Shown here piece after piece: positions 1 to 11,987 of a DNA stretch of 64,000 bases. The DNA is from Amoebophrya sp. A120 (taxonomy: Eukaryota; Protista; Dinoflagellata), in assembly GCA_905178155.1 (NCBI GenBank), contig CAJINV010000001.1, forward strand, positions 9,817,865 through 9,881,864. The letters are read 5' to 3'. Positions within the stretch are counted from its first letter, which is position 1; each line of letters starts with the position of its first letter. The translations under genes were made by a program, and so were the position numbers. Below the pieces are notes generated by a model, which was not told the DNA's origin, ran no database searches, and worked only from the letters and a program-made list of their open reading frames with translations.

Positions 1-268
1 ATATTTCGCGAAGCGCCGCTCTGCAATGTGGCTCCTATGTACTTAAACTTATTCGCTCATCCAAGCCTGTCAATGTGTCTCCTCTGCCCACAACGCGAAG
101 GCCTACTCTGGGGGAAGCAGGACTTCTTTTCCAAAACAAAGGTTGCGCCGAGTACTCGAAAGAAAACCAGACGAGGACAGAACAATCAGCGCAAAGCCAA
201 TGCTGCGAGGGTGGCAGAGCTGGCGTCTACGTCTGCGAGTTCGAAAAGTTACACAAGCACCAACAATG

Positions 269-610
269 TCTAATGCGTCGCTTCCACTGCGGGGGGGCTT
301 CCACTGCCTGCACTGGCCGCGTGTCCGCTCCGCTCTCTTCCGGCCTCTCGCCCTCGCGCAGGTATTTTCATTGGAACCACGTGGCCCAGGCCTGTGCCTT
401 TTCCCTGTCGGCGCGGAAGACCCCCCCAAGGACCTGCGGCGGCGCCGCGTCTGGTCGCCGCCGCGGTGGCTACCTCCCATCCCCCCGCGCCAGGTAGCGC
501 CAGGGGCTTGAGGCGTTTCCCCTGTGGTCGGCTATGTATCGCCGCCACGAATCGCCTTCGATTTTGCGGCGCAGGACACGCGCCGCCGCCGGGTTGGTTT
601 TTCTATTAGA
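269..610. mobile_element. GC-rich island with TCTA...TAGA ends, possible non-autonomous element
   Basis: Sharp rise in GC/CpG content against the flanks. Begins TCTAATGCG (same 9-mer at 35221) and ends ATTAGA. Contains a direct repeat GCTTCCACTGC x2. No credible ORF. Confidence 0.35.
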
Positions 611-1331
611 ATACTCATGACACGAGCGCGCTTCTTCGCGTTCGAGCTGGCACGGAACAAGTGAACTCACAAAACCGATTGCCCTCGGAAGGACGAGAAG
701 CGCCTTTCCACAGAAGGTTACAACAGATATTCTCAAAAAGGGGGTCGCTTTTCGTTTCGAAGTAGTAGACAAATTCGTTTCTGCTTTCAACTGTGTTCTC
801 AAGGCTACAGAGTCAAGTGGAGTGACATTGCAAAGAAATACTGTTAGTTTTAGTTCGTTCCCGATCAACATAGTGTGCTAGTCCTTAAGTGTAAAAGGCT
901 TTCAAAACTTGAAATCACCTAAGAACTTATAGGGTGCAATCAATAGAGATTCAGTTCTTCCATCTTACTTGGGCTTCCATTTAGAGTATATTGTCAAAAG
1001 TCCCAGATTCTCCAACCTCGCACAAGAAGCCACTAAAAGGGCGCATGCTATTAGTTTGCACGGCCATTTCTTCTCGACTTATATCCGTCACTCTCGGATA
1101 TGCCGCTGAAGAGGTGTCAATGGAGGCTTCAAGACGCCGCTGCTGTATGCAGAGGGTACATGTACAAAACGAGAAACTATAGAAAAGTTTCAGGTAGGGA
1201 GTACTGTTATTGTTAGTGCAGGGCTTCTTGTAGTTGCCTAGTAAGTAAAGAAGTAGACTACATTCATTTTCATTTTGTCGAAAAGCAACTGCTCCAAATC
1301 CAAATGTTCACTTGTACATTTCGACGCTACG

Positions 1332-2039
1332 TCAATGAGGATGCATCGATGACGCCACACTCATGGGCGGTTCTCTGCTCCAGGTATTTGAGCTTCGGGA
1401 AGAATCAAATGTGGTCGAACCCAGTTGCGTTGTGGCGGCACCAAAAGAGTGGCGAGGATCAGTGTTGTGGGTCATCTGCCCTGGTGGTTTGTTGTGTAGC
1501 ACGTTGCCACGCTGACCGTTGCTTGGGTTGTTGTTTCCGTTGAAGTACGGCTTCCATGGTTCCATGTTGTTGCTTCGATACCTGCGGTTCTCCGAGTTGC
1601 TACTGCAGAACGGAGATGAAAACGTGGTCCTGCTCCATCGTCGGTTTGCCGTCGGTGACCGCGACGGCGAGCAAACAGAGGACTCGCTGGAAGAACGCGG
1701 CGTGCTCGAAGAAGAAAAGCGTCTTCGCTGCTCATAAGTGTTCCGCCAATTTTGGTAGCCTCGTTGCATGTTGCGTCCCCGTGGTGGCGGCGCGGCACAG
1801 GGCAGCGGGAGCATGCGGCTGCCGTTTCCCAGCAGACTTCGGGGCATTAATGGCGTGCCGCCGTTCTTGCCGCCTGCGGTCGGGTACGCCCGCATGAATC
1901 CCGGCTTGTGGACCAGCGGTGGTGGGTGGTGATCGTTGTAAGCCGCCGGCTGTCGCCCGGTGGCATTGGAGCCGTAGAAACTCTGGAAAAATCCCTGCGG
2001 AGGGGAGGAAGGAACCTGGATTAATTTCTTTGCATGCAT
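1332..2039 (-). CDS. Hypothetical low-complexity Ser/Arg/Asn/Pro-rich protein
   Basis: 235-aa ORF on the same strand as all neighbouring genes, with no recognisable domain. An upstream exon near 2180-2310 is possible. Confidence 0.5.
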   Translation of the reverse strand: MHAKKLIQVPSSPPQGFFQSFYGSNATGRQPAAYNDHHPPPLVHKPGFMRAYPTAGGKNGGTPLMPRSLLGNGSRMLPLPCAAPPPRGRNMQRGYQNWRNTYEQRRRFSSSSTPRSSSESSVCSPSRSPTANRRWSRTTFSSPFCSSNSENRRYRSNNMEPWKPYFNGNNNPSNGQRGNVLHNKPPGQMTHNTDPRHSFGAATTQLGSTTFDSSRSSNTWSREPPMSVASSMHPH

Positions 2040-2441
2040 CAGCTATTAAAGATGTACGACGTTGCGGCTGAAACTGCACATCAAACAAACATAACCACCA
2101 TCTTCATCATCGTGCTAAGTGATAAAGGAGGACGAAACAAACTAGAAGATCGGAAAATAAATCGCAACTGACAGATACCGCAGGGTCCAATCGAGACTGG
2201 TGCTTCGTGTTCTTTCCCCGTCGCACTGACGACGCATTCGATGAAGCGTCGGTAGATGTATCGGACAGAAATGACTTCTCATCTGAATCTCGCCGACCCC
2301 GGTTTCCCACGTATTGATCGAAATTGTGACCTGAATTTTAGCACCAAAGCTCTATTTCTGGTAAATCGAAATTCTACTCATGGCTGAGCGTTTCATACCA
2401 GAACGGATACGATTACGAAGCAAAAATTCGTCCAAGAAATA

Positions 2442-3530
2442 TTAAGTTGTACGTTTCTTCAGCTTCTCCGCTACTTGTGCCGCTTCTGCAGAGGGTGATC
2501 TCCAGGTTCTGTAGGACAGCAGAACGCCCAGTAATACGAACAGGTTGAAAAGCGACAAAATCCAGCCGTGCGCTGGCGTTGGGTCACCCTTAGAGAAGAC
2601 AAGAAGCCCGACGTCTCGATTCATGATGAACAGCGTCACTTGCCACGTGACAAGGAGGAAAAAGTTCGAAACGATCGCAAAAGAGAGCAGGATCTGTGCG
2701 AGCCTGTTGCGGTAGTTGATTTTGTTGTATGTTATTTTAGAAGGAGAGTGGTGCGCGGTCTCAGGTGGCACAGTGACTTCAACCATGATTTTTTGTTCAC
2801 AATGAAAGAAAGCACCTTCAGCACGACCAAATGCTTGATATACCTTCTCCATTTCTTCTTCCCCCTGTTTTCTGGCTTCAAAGAGTAGCAGTACTGAAAC
2901 AAGTAGCAGCCCGACATGACCAGGAGTACCATGGTCCCAATCAACATCAGCAACGTCAGCGCCCCGCCTGTTTTTGATTTTAAAGTTTTTTCGAAAGAAC
3001 AATACGATGACTCCGAGAACTACGCACGCAAACAAGCAGCACTGCGCCTACCGTAAAACGCCGCCCCCATATTCGTCGCCCCAGCTGTCGGCCCGTTCAG
3101 AGAAGCAAAATTTTCGAAGGCCTGCCAGCTCGTCGCATCGGTGAAGGCATCAAGAGTGGAAATCTTGTAGCAATACTGTGTGTTCGTTTCCCACGGGCAG
3201 GTAATCTGCTTTCCGGAGAAAATACCGTTGGATTCTGATTTGTTTGTGTCGCACTTTATCTGGGACGATGAGTGACCGATGAAAGTCGTTTCGAAATTAC
3301 CTTCTTACTCAAATCAAGAAGCGCAGCAATGAAAAAGTAAAAAAGTTACGCAGTTTTTGCATCAGCTCGATTTTCGGCTCCACGATGATGTACCACAGGT
3401 AGTACTTGGCGTGACTTACGCCGAAGTTGATGCTGGTGACGCTGCCCCATGGCAAAAAGACCGCTAGCAGGTCCAGCAGCACCGATACCGCCAGAGCGAT
3501 CAGCACCACATCGCACGCAAGCTTCCCCAT
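2442..3530 (-). CDS. Multi-pass membrane protein (about 4 TM, claudin/tetraspan-like topology), about 4 exons
   Basis: Hydrophobic segments VVLIALAVSVLLDLLAVFLPW, LLMLIGTMVLLVMSGCYLF, ILLSFAIVSNFFLLVTW and GWILSLFNLFVLLGVLL lie in successive ORF pieces separated by short AT-rich GT-AG introns. A Cys-containing loop follows TM1. Confidence 0.65.
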
Positions 3531-4577
3531 TTCGTCTCCAAGCGCACAAAGCGCGGTCGTGTCTCCCTGGGGATAGAGGAGAACGCGCCGTGGTTACGAC
3601 GACAAGCACCACAAAAAGAAGTTTCAAACTGGAAGACAACTTTCCACGAGCAAAAACCTAGCTGCGGATCGATGCCATTTCTGTTCTTACTTCTCGGATC
3701 TCAAGAGTGGATCGAGTGTTTGACCGATGAGGCGATGCGCGATATCGCAGCTGACTGTGCGAGTTGTGGCCTCTACTTTTTTTCAACGACACTTACCGTT
3801 TTCTGGACCTGACGAGCCACCGACTACCTAGCAACCAGGACCCACACGGAGCTGCATGCCGTATTCTTGACCTGTTCAAGCCGAAATGGGATTCGTTGAA
3901 TCTGAAAAGGAAAATCTCGCCTTGGCTGCGAGAACCAAAAATGACAAAGCCAACACACGACAAGGACGATGTTGGATCTTTGACTGTAGCATAAGGCAAG
4001 TTGGTGGAACACGCAGAGCTGCATCGCGAGCACCACGCACGACAATAAATCTGCCGGGCGTGTTTTTTTTTCTAGCTACAGTTCTAGTCTACGGTAAAAA
4101 ATTCTTTGAGGTTTTTCGCGGGTTCTGAATGATTTGGGAGTAAAGTAGCATGGGTCGTGTCTCCTACTTCTCAGAAAAGAAAATGAAAACGAAAATCGAT
4201 TCTCGCCTCTACTGTATGGGAGATAGGAAAACGCTTGATGTAATTTGACGCTTGAAAAAAAAAGTGTGATGTTAATTATGAATTTTAAACTGTGAACGAC
4301 CTGTACCTGATATCGAAAATTATGATGGGAGGCAAACCCAACCTCTACTGTATGGCCACTCGGTGGTCGCGGTCTTCTATGCTATGCGATACTTCTTATC
4401 GCGGGGCTACGCCTCGTTGATGTTGCTTCGTAAAAGTATGAAAACTGATATAGTGGTATAATTTGGAATTTTTTTTGTATGTTTTTAGTGTGAATGTGTG
4501 AACGTATCTTCAAATCTTCTCTGGAAAAAACTCCTCAACAACGCTCTTCTTCGGGCGCACTACTTCGAAACACGATT

Positions 4578-7500
4578 TTACCTGTACGTTTTGATTGAGT
4601 ACTTGAGTGGCGCGCCCATTGCGCGTGGAGGTCCGCGCAACTGGTCGTCCAGCGCTGGGTGCACCCTGCCGGCCTGCCAGTCGTACCCCTTCCGGAAGTC
4701 AGTTCGTCCAAGTTCCTGCTTTGACAGCGGCTTGCCGAACTTCCTTTCGTTGTACGTGCCCGTCGCCCCGCCGTAGGCGGTGAGGCCGCCCTTCGGGGGT
4801 GGCACCCACTGTGCGGCGCCGCGATGCCCGGCGCCCGGGCCCGCAATGTAGTTGTCGTACTGGTCTGACCAGTGCTTGTTGGAATCCCAGTGCTTGTCGT
4901 AATACCCGGCCCCGTAGTACCCGTAGGGATCGTAGTACCCGTAGTTGCTCGCTTCGCCTTCTGCTTTCGCGCGCTGGTTCTTCTTTTTCGATCTAGACTT
5001 CAGCACTTGGTCGTGTTCATCCTCTCCGGCCACGATGCCGCTGGCGGACAATCGGGCCGACCCCTCGCTACGAACCGACGGGGCGGTTGCAGGTTTTTGG
5101 CTGGTGGTTGCAGCAGCCAGCACTGGATTCGGCTTGGCTTTGCTGTACGTGTCGTTAAAGGGTCTTGCCGCCAGGGGACCCACCAGACTTTCCACCAAGG
5201 CGTATCCGCGATCGATGTCCGCGCGCTGGACCTCCTTTTTGGACTTCATCGCTTCTAGGCGCTGCTGGACAATGCCCTTCTTGGGCTGCGTGCTCCGCTC
5301 CTCTACGGAAACCGATGACGCTTGGGTGGCCGACCGTGCCTGCCCCTGCGCGGGCACACCACCTCCTCCCCCAGCAGGTGCGGCCACGACTGCAGAGGCT
5401 GCAGTAGCCCTGCTTGCTTGTGTCATCTGCGTCGTGGACCTTCTGCCCGGATCCGACGGCTGCCGCTTACTCGATTTCCTAGATTTTTCTCTCGCTTCCT
5501 CCTGCTCCGCCACTTCTTTTTCGCGCAGCGAATCCCGCAGCTGCTTGGTGTCCTCCATGGACAGGGCGGACACGCGATTCAAAATTTCCAATTTCGCCTG
5601 AACCTGGGAGGTGTCGTTGACGGCTTGCTGCATGGTCTCCTTCGTGGCCAGGTCCGCCTGCTCCTGCCACCGCTGGCGCGCGTCCCGGTCGCGATCCAGC
5701 TGTACGTTCAGCATGTCCAATTGCTGCAGGAACTCGCTCTCCGCTCTGGGTAGCAGCGCCCGGTCGGCAAAGCGGTTTGCCGCGAGCTTCTGGACGTTGG
5801 TGTACAGAATGCGGTTGCGCATGCAGAAGTACGCGGGGGGGCGGGAGAGGAAGTCGTCCACCAACTCCGCCTCTTTGCGGTCCATAACGTTGCCCTCGAT
5901 GTCGACTCGCGGCGTCTCGGCGCCCGAGCTCCGGGACCGTGCGCGGTTGGCTTGGAACTCCTGTTCCGGAGGTCCGGTTTCGAAGTTCGACCGCAAGATC
6001 GACGAGCGATGGTGTGAACCCATGGCGTTTGGCGCCAAATCGTAGTTCTGGTCGAAGGTGGCTCCCCGAAGGTCGGCAAGCTCGAAGGGGGCCCGCGGAG
6101 GGTCGCCGAGACTAACGCTGCCCCCGACCTCGAGGGACAGGCCATCTTCTCCGCCGGCGCTGCCCTCCGCGCGTCCGCGACTACGACCCCGCGCTTGTCC
6201 TGCTGGATAGCCCAGCTGCGGTGCGCCGCTCCTTCCGCCAGCGCTGGAAGCTCTCCCGGCTGTAGCCGCGGGGGGAAGTGGACTTTTGCTGCGCGAGTAG
6301 AGAATGTCGCGCACTTGTCCCGCAACCGATTGCGTTCTCGCCAGTGGATCGAACTCTCTGTGGACGGATTCTCCCTCCGATTTCGGACCAAAACGCGCGG
6401 ATTTCCGCTCGCTGGACGGCGGTCTCGATGCTGGCTTGACATCATCAACAACGGTAGCATCCGCCGACGAAATGTACGTGGGCCCGAAGGACATGTCCTG
6501 TCCCACCTTGACCCGCATCTGGATCAAATTGTTCGCCGGGTCGTTGGGGTCGAACGGCTTCAGGTTTCCGGCCGCCCGCATCTCGCCCAGAAGGCCGGAC
6601 ACGCGTGGGTTGGTCAGCAAATCGCTGTCGGCCGCCGGGGGAACCAGCTGCGGGGCCTGGACCGGCGACGGCACCACCGATTGCCGCACGGATAAAGCCT
6701 GCAGGTCCGTGCCCTTCGGAAGCGAGTTTTGCAGCGCGTTGATTTCGCGTTGCTCCTGCTGCTTGGCCGCCAGGTAGCGCAAGCCCTCCATGCGTTCAGG
6801 ATCTGGAACGCCCAAACCAAGCTGCTCGGCGATGTACGCCGGTGGTTCACGGAATTCCAGCCTAGTCTTGCGGCTGACTTGCGGGGGTTGCTGCAGAATT
6901 TGGTCCAGATTCGTCTGGACCTCGGGCGTATTTTCGTGCAGAATCAAGTTTCTTGCGTGGGGTGGAATGTAACCGTGCTGGGCTTCCAATTCTTCCAGAA
7001 TAGCGGCGTTCTGCAGCATTCTCGCCTCTTCCGTTTTCGGCTTGTTCAGCACTTGCGCTGCGTATTTGTCCGTGAACAGGGTGCTCTTCTCCGCTTGCGA
7101 AGTCCGACTAGCGCGAACTTGCGAGGGTCTGGTCAAGACCACTGGCACCCGCAAAATCGACCCCGGTGGCGGAGCGGAGCTGGCGCGCGACGACATGCTC
7201 TTCCGCACCTCCTCCACCACGCTCTTTCGCGGCGCGTCCCCAGGGGCCCCGGGCTTCCGGACCGCGACGGCCTCTATTTTCTGGTCGTCCATCGCGTTTT
7301 TTGGGATCAACTTCCCCGCGCTCGGACTTCTGTCAATGGCGTACGAGCGAACCTGCTTGTCGATATTCGCGATGTGACTCTTCACATAATTCACCTTTTT
7401 GAGCGCCGTAGACACCTTTTTCTTCGGCCCCTGATTTGCCTGCGGGGGCAAGGCATTCTTGACGCCGTACTCCGCCTGAAAAGCGTCTCGCGTGTCTTGG

Positions 7501-8108
7501 TACCGCGGTTTTTGGATGGAGCTAGTACGCGGCCCAGTTTGTTGTTGTCCGCCTACTTGCGAGCCTCGCGGACCACTCCCCGGAGTGCTGTTCCACTGGG
7601 GTGGGTTGGGCGTGTGCGCCAAAACGTCTTGGAACGTGTTGTCCTGCATTTGCCGCAATGTCTCCACTAGCGCCGCCGTCTCCGGGTCCACCGGCTGCTG
7701 GGGCTGAAACTTCACCGATCCGGAACCAATGCGATCTGACACCGTCAGCTGGTTCGCTGTGGCTCGTGACGATTTCACCGACGGCGGTTGGTTTTGGTAC
7801 CGCGCTTTGTATTCGTCCACGTGCGCTTTGGTCTTCCGCCCGTCCGTGGAAGCGAGCACAAAGCCCCCCGGAACGGACACAACTTTGTGATCCTCCATGC
7901 TCATAGGGGAGAAGACGTTGCGCCCCGTGGGTACGACATCCGTTTGCATGGACTGTATGGACGCTTGCGTCGTCTTGCGAGACCCCGCGTACCCGGTCGT
8001 CCGCCGGTTGTTCTCGTTGAGAAGTTGATGCAGGTCGTCCGCCCCGGGCACATATTGCCCTGTGCCGGACGAGCGCGGGCCAGCGAGGGGGAGCATATGA
8101 GAAGCCAT
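4578..8108 (-). CDS. Large intronless low-complexity protein with a coiled-coil segment (1176 aa)
   Basis: Uninterrupted 3.5-kb ORF with GC-rich third positions and an AAAATGG start context. No family recognised. Confidence 0.8.
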   Translation of the reverse strand: MASHMLPLAGPRSSGTGQYVPGADDLHQLLNENNRRTTGYAGSRKTTQASIQSMQTDVVPTGRNVFSPMSMEDHKVVSVPGGFVLASTDGRKTKAHVDEYKARYQNQPPSVKSSRATANQLTVSDRIGSGSVKFQPQQPVDPETAALVETLRQMQDNTFQDVLAHTPNPPQWNSTPGSGPRGSQVGGQQQTGPRTSSIQKPRYQDTRDAFQAEYGVKNALPPQANQGPKKKVSTALKKVNYVKSHIANIDKQVRSYAIDRSPSAGKLIPKNAMDDQKIEAVAVRKPGAPGDAPRKSVVEEVRKSMSSRASSAPPPGSILRVPVVLTRPSQVRASRTSQAEKSTLFTDKYAAQVLNKPKTEEARMLQNAAILEELEAQHGYIPPHARNLILHENTPEVQTNLDQILQQPPQVSRKTRLEFREPPAYIAEQLGLGVPDPERMEGLRYLAAKQQEQREINALQNSLPKGTDLQALSVRQSVVPSPVQAPQLVPPAADSDLLTNPRVSGLLGEMRAAGNLKPFDPNDPANNLIQMRVKVGQDMSFGPTYISSADATVVDDVKPASRPPSSERKSARFGPKSEGESVHREFDPLARTQSVAGQVRDILYSRSKSPLPPAATAGRASSAGGRSGAPQLGYPAGQARGRSRGRAEGSAGGEDGLSLEVGGSVSLGDPPRAPFELADLRGATFDQNYDLAPNAMGSHHRSSILRSNFETGPPEQEFQANRARSRSSGAETPRVDIEGNVMDRKEAELVDDFLSRPPAYFCMRNRILYTNVQKLAANRFADRALLPRAESEFLQQLDMLNVQLDRDRDARQRWQEQADLATKETMQQAVNDTSQVQAKLEILNRVSALSMEDTKQLRDSLREKEVAEQEEAREKSRKSSKRQPSDPGRRSTTQMTQASRATAASAVVAAPAGGGGGVPAQGQARSATQASSVSVEERSTQPKKGIVQQRLEAMKSKKEVQRADIDRGYALVESLVGPLAARPFNDTYSKAKPNPVLAAATTSQKPATAPSVRSEGSARLSASGIVAGEDEHDQVLKSRSKKKNQRAKAEGEASNYGYYDPYGYYGAGYYDKHWDSNKHWSDQYDNYIAGPGAGHRGAAQWVPPPKGGLTAYGGATGTYNERKFGKPLSKQELGRTDFRKGYDWQAGRVHPALDDQLRGPPRAMGAPLKYSIKTYR

Positions 8109-9212
8109 TTTGGCTGTTGACCTTTGTCAAAAAGGAAGAGATGGATTTGGAAAAGTGAACGTGGATTTTTATGAAGTCAAAGACAAAGATCAAGAGGAAT
8201 TGTTCAACATGGATGCTACTGTGAAATAGTAATAGACATAAGGGGGAATATATAAGGGGAAATTGCTTGTGGGGGCGGCAAAAGCCTGTGTGTTTTACTC
8301 GAGGGAAGATGAACGTTGACAACCGTGATGAAACGAACGACAAGCGCTGAAAGCACACAGGAGAACCGATTTCAGGGCTACTAGGCTCTTCCTTTCACCG
8401 ATCAGACGCATGTGCTGGAAGCCAACGACGGCAAGAAACCGATGGATAATTCTGTAGAATAACGGAAAACCGAAACAATGTCTCTGCTTACGATACAGTA
8501 CCGAGATAGATGCTGCTCACGAAACCGACGTGGCGATATACTTTGACTAACCCGATGGTTCACAACAAGAATGCGCGGACGAATTCTAAAGTTGTACTGC
8601 GTCAGGGTCAGCACAATCTCACACTTCACACCAAAACAGCGGCGACACGTGTTGCTGTCAAATGTGGACGCTGCTTCCACGGGCGGTCACGGTTGCCGAG
8701 TGCGTGATTTGCGTAAAGGGCTCAAAAAGGTCGACTCCAACGTTTGTTCGCAATTCAGCTACGTTTTAAGCAAAGCTAAGTACAGGGAAATGCGCAGTAT
8801 ACCGCAGCTCGAAGACTACGAGGTAGCTTCGCTCATATGAGGGGACAAGGCAGGTACACTTTTGTTCACGCCGATAAGATACAGATTTAGATACACAAAA
8901 GAAACGGACTTTGAAAAAACCGAAACAAAAAGAGGTTAATAACGTTAATGTACAAAAAGAAGGGACGCAAATGACAAATGAAAACAGGTGAGCTACTATA
9001 CCAGTATGCGTATTTCCATTCAATCTCTACGATACAGCTCTGTGCAACCAATGTCAAGAAACAAGCAATAGCGAGAACTAGCTTTTTTCGGCATGGGGTT
9101 ATACCGCACCCACCGAAAATAAAGCGAGTTTCAACTACATCTCGGATTTGACGGAATTCATCTTCTATCGCTGTCGCTTTCGGATGTGGAAGTATTACAA
9201 CAGCAATAAATT

Positions 9213-10816
9213 TCAGCTGGAAACCCGCGACTTCGGCTGGAAGCTCATCGAACCGCTACGAGATCCGAGTTGGGAGCCTCGTGTGGACCCGCGAGCTCCA
9301 CCGCTCGCCGGATCGACGGTCGCCTGCGAGGAGTCCACGGAGACCAGTGGTGGTGCGCTTTGAACTCCACCACAAGAATCCTCGTCACCCGACTTTCTTC
9401 GGTGGTGGTGGTCGTCCTGCACGTGGTCTCGGTGAATCAGTTTGCTGAAATCGTGGTACCCGCCCGCAGTGCGGTACGTCGCGTCTGGCCCGCCGTGTCG
9501 GTGCGCACCAGTGAAGGTGCCCTTGTCATAATAGAATCGCTCTGGACCGCGTCCGGGGTCGGTCACTGTTAGAAGTTTTGAGAACATGTTGACAAAGTTG
9601 GTGGTCCCTTCGTACTAGCGGGATTCACTTAAGTACTTCTACGGACAAAATCGAGATTCGAAAAAGTTCTTAAGATGAAGTTTCAAGATTCGAAAAAGTT
9701 TTTTGGTGCACAAGGGAAACTTAGCCTAAGTGTTCGAGATCGAGTACGAGTTCGAAGAGATTTTTTTATACTTCTCTTGACTTCTGGTGGTTTAGGCTCG
9801 TGTCGTGGAAGTGGTCGGTACTTGAGTGCCTTTCCATCTACCGCCTTCGGGCCGCCCTGTTTGTGCGTTCCGGTAAACGTGCTCGGGTCCGCAAACCGCT
9901 CGGGCCCTCGGCTCGCGAGGCTGCGTGGCTTCTTGGTGGACGCCTTGGGATCAAAGGCCTCGACCGCCTTTTTCCTCTGTACGCTGTCATTCTGAATGTG
10001 CTCACGGTGGATCAGCGCCTGGAATCCGTGGAGGTAGCCGTCCGTTGAGTCGATCGCTCGTGGACCGCCCTTGGTGTGACTACCCGTGAAGGTTGCCTTG
10101 TCGTAGAAAAACTTCTCCGGGCCGGTGAGATCTGTAGATTTTTGTGATAAAAATGACTCAACGAGATGAAATAGAGCACGATTTACGAACTCATTCACAT
10201 CACTATGCATATGCAGCATGGCAGAGCAACCGATTCATACATACAATATTGGAAATGCATCTGCAGGTTCTTCTGTCGTTATGAACAAATTGTTTTAAGT
10301 ACCTCCCTCTGCCGTCGACCGCGCCAATCCGGGCTGCACAGACACGTTGTGAAAATCCGGCCCCTCTCCGACTTGATCCAGAATGTGTCCCACTAATGTT
10401 TCCATTTCCACGTCGACCTTACCCGACATCTCGAGCACCATGTACACGAACTCCTCAAAGGTGATCTTCCTGTTCCTTGGTTGCTTGTGCTTCTCGAAGA
10501 GCAGATCGACCGTCACGGATGGCACTTGACTCTTGTCTGGTCCGCAAATGCCCGCATCCTTAAAAAGCTTCATCGCGGATTTCCGAGTCAGGTCGTGGTG
10601 CCCTGGATCACACCAGAGCTCAAAGCACTTCCCAAATCGCTCCTGTTTGTCCTCCGACAGGTTGTACTCCGGGGGCTCCCACTTCTTCTCCTCCTTGGCC
10701 GCCGCTCGCCTCGCGTGGTAAGCCTCCTTCGCCTGGGCAATCTCGCCGTGCGTTCGGACCAGCTTCTCCAGCTGCGGCCCGACGTTTACCCGGGCCTTCG
10801 CCTTCGGGAGCACCAT
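9213..10816 (-). CDS. p25-alpha/TPPP-like microtubule-binding protein with repeated partial p25-alpha motifs, 3 exons
   Basis: Exon 1 has MKLFKDAGI...VDLLFEKHK..RKITFEEF (p25-alpha core). Later exons carry GPEKFFYDKATFTGSHTKGGP, GPERFADPSTFTGTHKQGGP and GPERFYYDKGTFTGAHRHGGP. Two GT-AG introns at about 10132-10300 and 9566-9782. Confidence 0.85.
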
Positions 10817-11987
10817 GGTGTGGAAAGTTTTGTTCTAGTTACTTGTGCTGGATGTGTTTTAAAAAAATCCGGTCAAATAAAAGGTGGAAGGCTACATAGT
10901 AGCTACTGATGTGTGAAGAAATTCAAAATTCAAGCTTTGAGGGAGTGTTGGGGAATCGTATCGGGTTTGTTCCCTGAGGATAATTTATTTTGGATGTTGG
11001 TTTCTAACAGCACAAGACGATGATTCCCAGACGAGTTTTTTCAACGGAAGCAGAAACACGAAGATAGCCGACGCGCATGCTTCATGTCATAGTGAACGAA
11101 ACCGATTGGTGGACTTTTCGTAGCTTATTTTTCAGTTCCGTGGACGAGGATGTTGTACGATAGTGCTCTAGAACTAGATGCACGATTATCGTTTTTTCTT
11201 GAACGATATAATCACCGAGCACATTCATTTCTTCACACGACCGATGGCAATCGATGTCAGTGAAACACCACAATCAGTATCCGCACGGGTGGACGGAATA
11301 AAGCAGCGCACTTTCGAAAGCGGACTTTTTTAACGGTTTTGACTCTACGAACTTTTTTAACACGGAGTGGCAGAAGGTGTAGGTTCATCAGCTCAATTAC
11401 GCACTTTTTGTTTGCTGTGTGCTGTCTACGATACATTTGCAAGAGCACGTAGCTGAAGCTCTACGGGTAATCTCATTTTGATTACGGCATTTTAAGTTTA
11501 CGTGGCGGTATTAATTCTCGGACTAGTCTAGGGTCGGACAGGCGCAATCTGTCCGCGAAAGTTGATGCTAATCTCTAACAATATCATGCAATGCAAGTGC
11601 GCGACTGCATCTCGCTACTGTTGTGTCTGAATGAAGTCAGGAGCGGAGCTGCGCGACACTTTTAATTTTGATTTTCGCTATGTCTGAAGGAAGCTGTTAA
11701 TTTCACGATTTTTCGAGTACCATTTGCCCATACGGAGCTGCTTTGCCATAAGTTTGATTTAGAATTCCGCTAGATATATTTCGCACTTTCAGGCCAACTT
11801 CTGCCCGTGTGCGCACAACTTGGCTTACTAGGTGTACAAATTTTCTACAACTGAATCGTTTCCCAATTCCAAAGTGATAATAAACAATCTGTGTCCTATC
11901 AAACAAAACTGTTTATACTCAAGTGGAATAGTGGTAAAATCGTTTCACCGCGCGAAGTCGCAACCTGCTGCACAAAAACAACAAGTT

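Noticed and set aside
4207-4355. 13-bp direct repeat CTCTACTGTATGG in an intergenic region
   Set aside because: Too short, with no associated termini, structure or further copies.
6729-7670. Long plus-strand ORFs (also 31814-33498 and others)
   Set aside because: Antisense shadows of GC3-rich minus-strand genes.
8103-8115. AGCCATTTTGGCT matches the core of the dinoflagellate spliced leader at the start of an intronless gene
   Set aside because: It is on the strand opposite to the gene and overlaps the ATG. It is explained by the minus-strand context CAG CCAAAATGGCT and by the near-palindromic nature of the motif.
9653-9705. Short duplicated AGATTCGAAAAAGTT in a TPPP intron
   Set aside because: Consistent with local slippage, with no element hallmarks.
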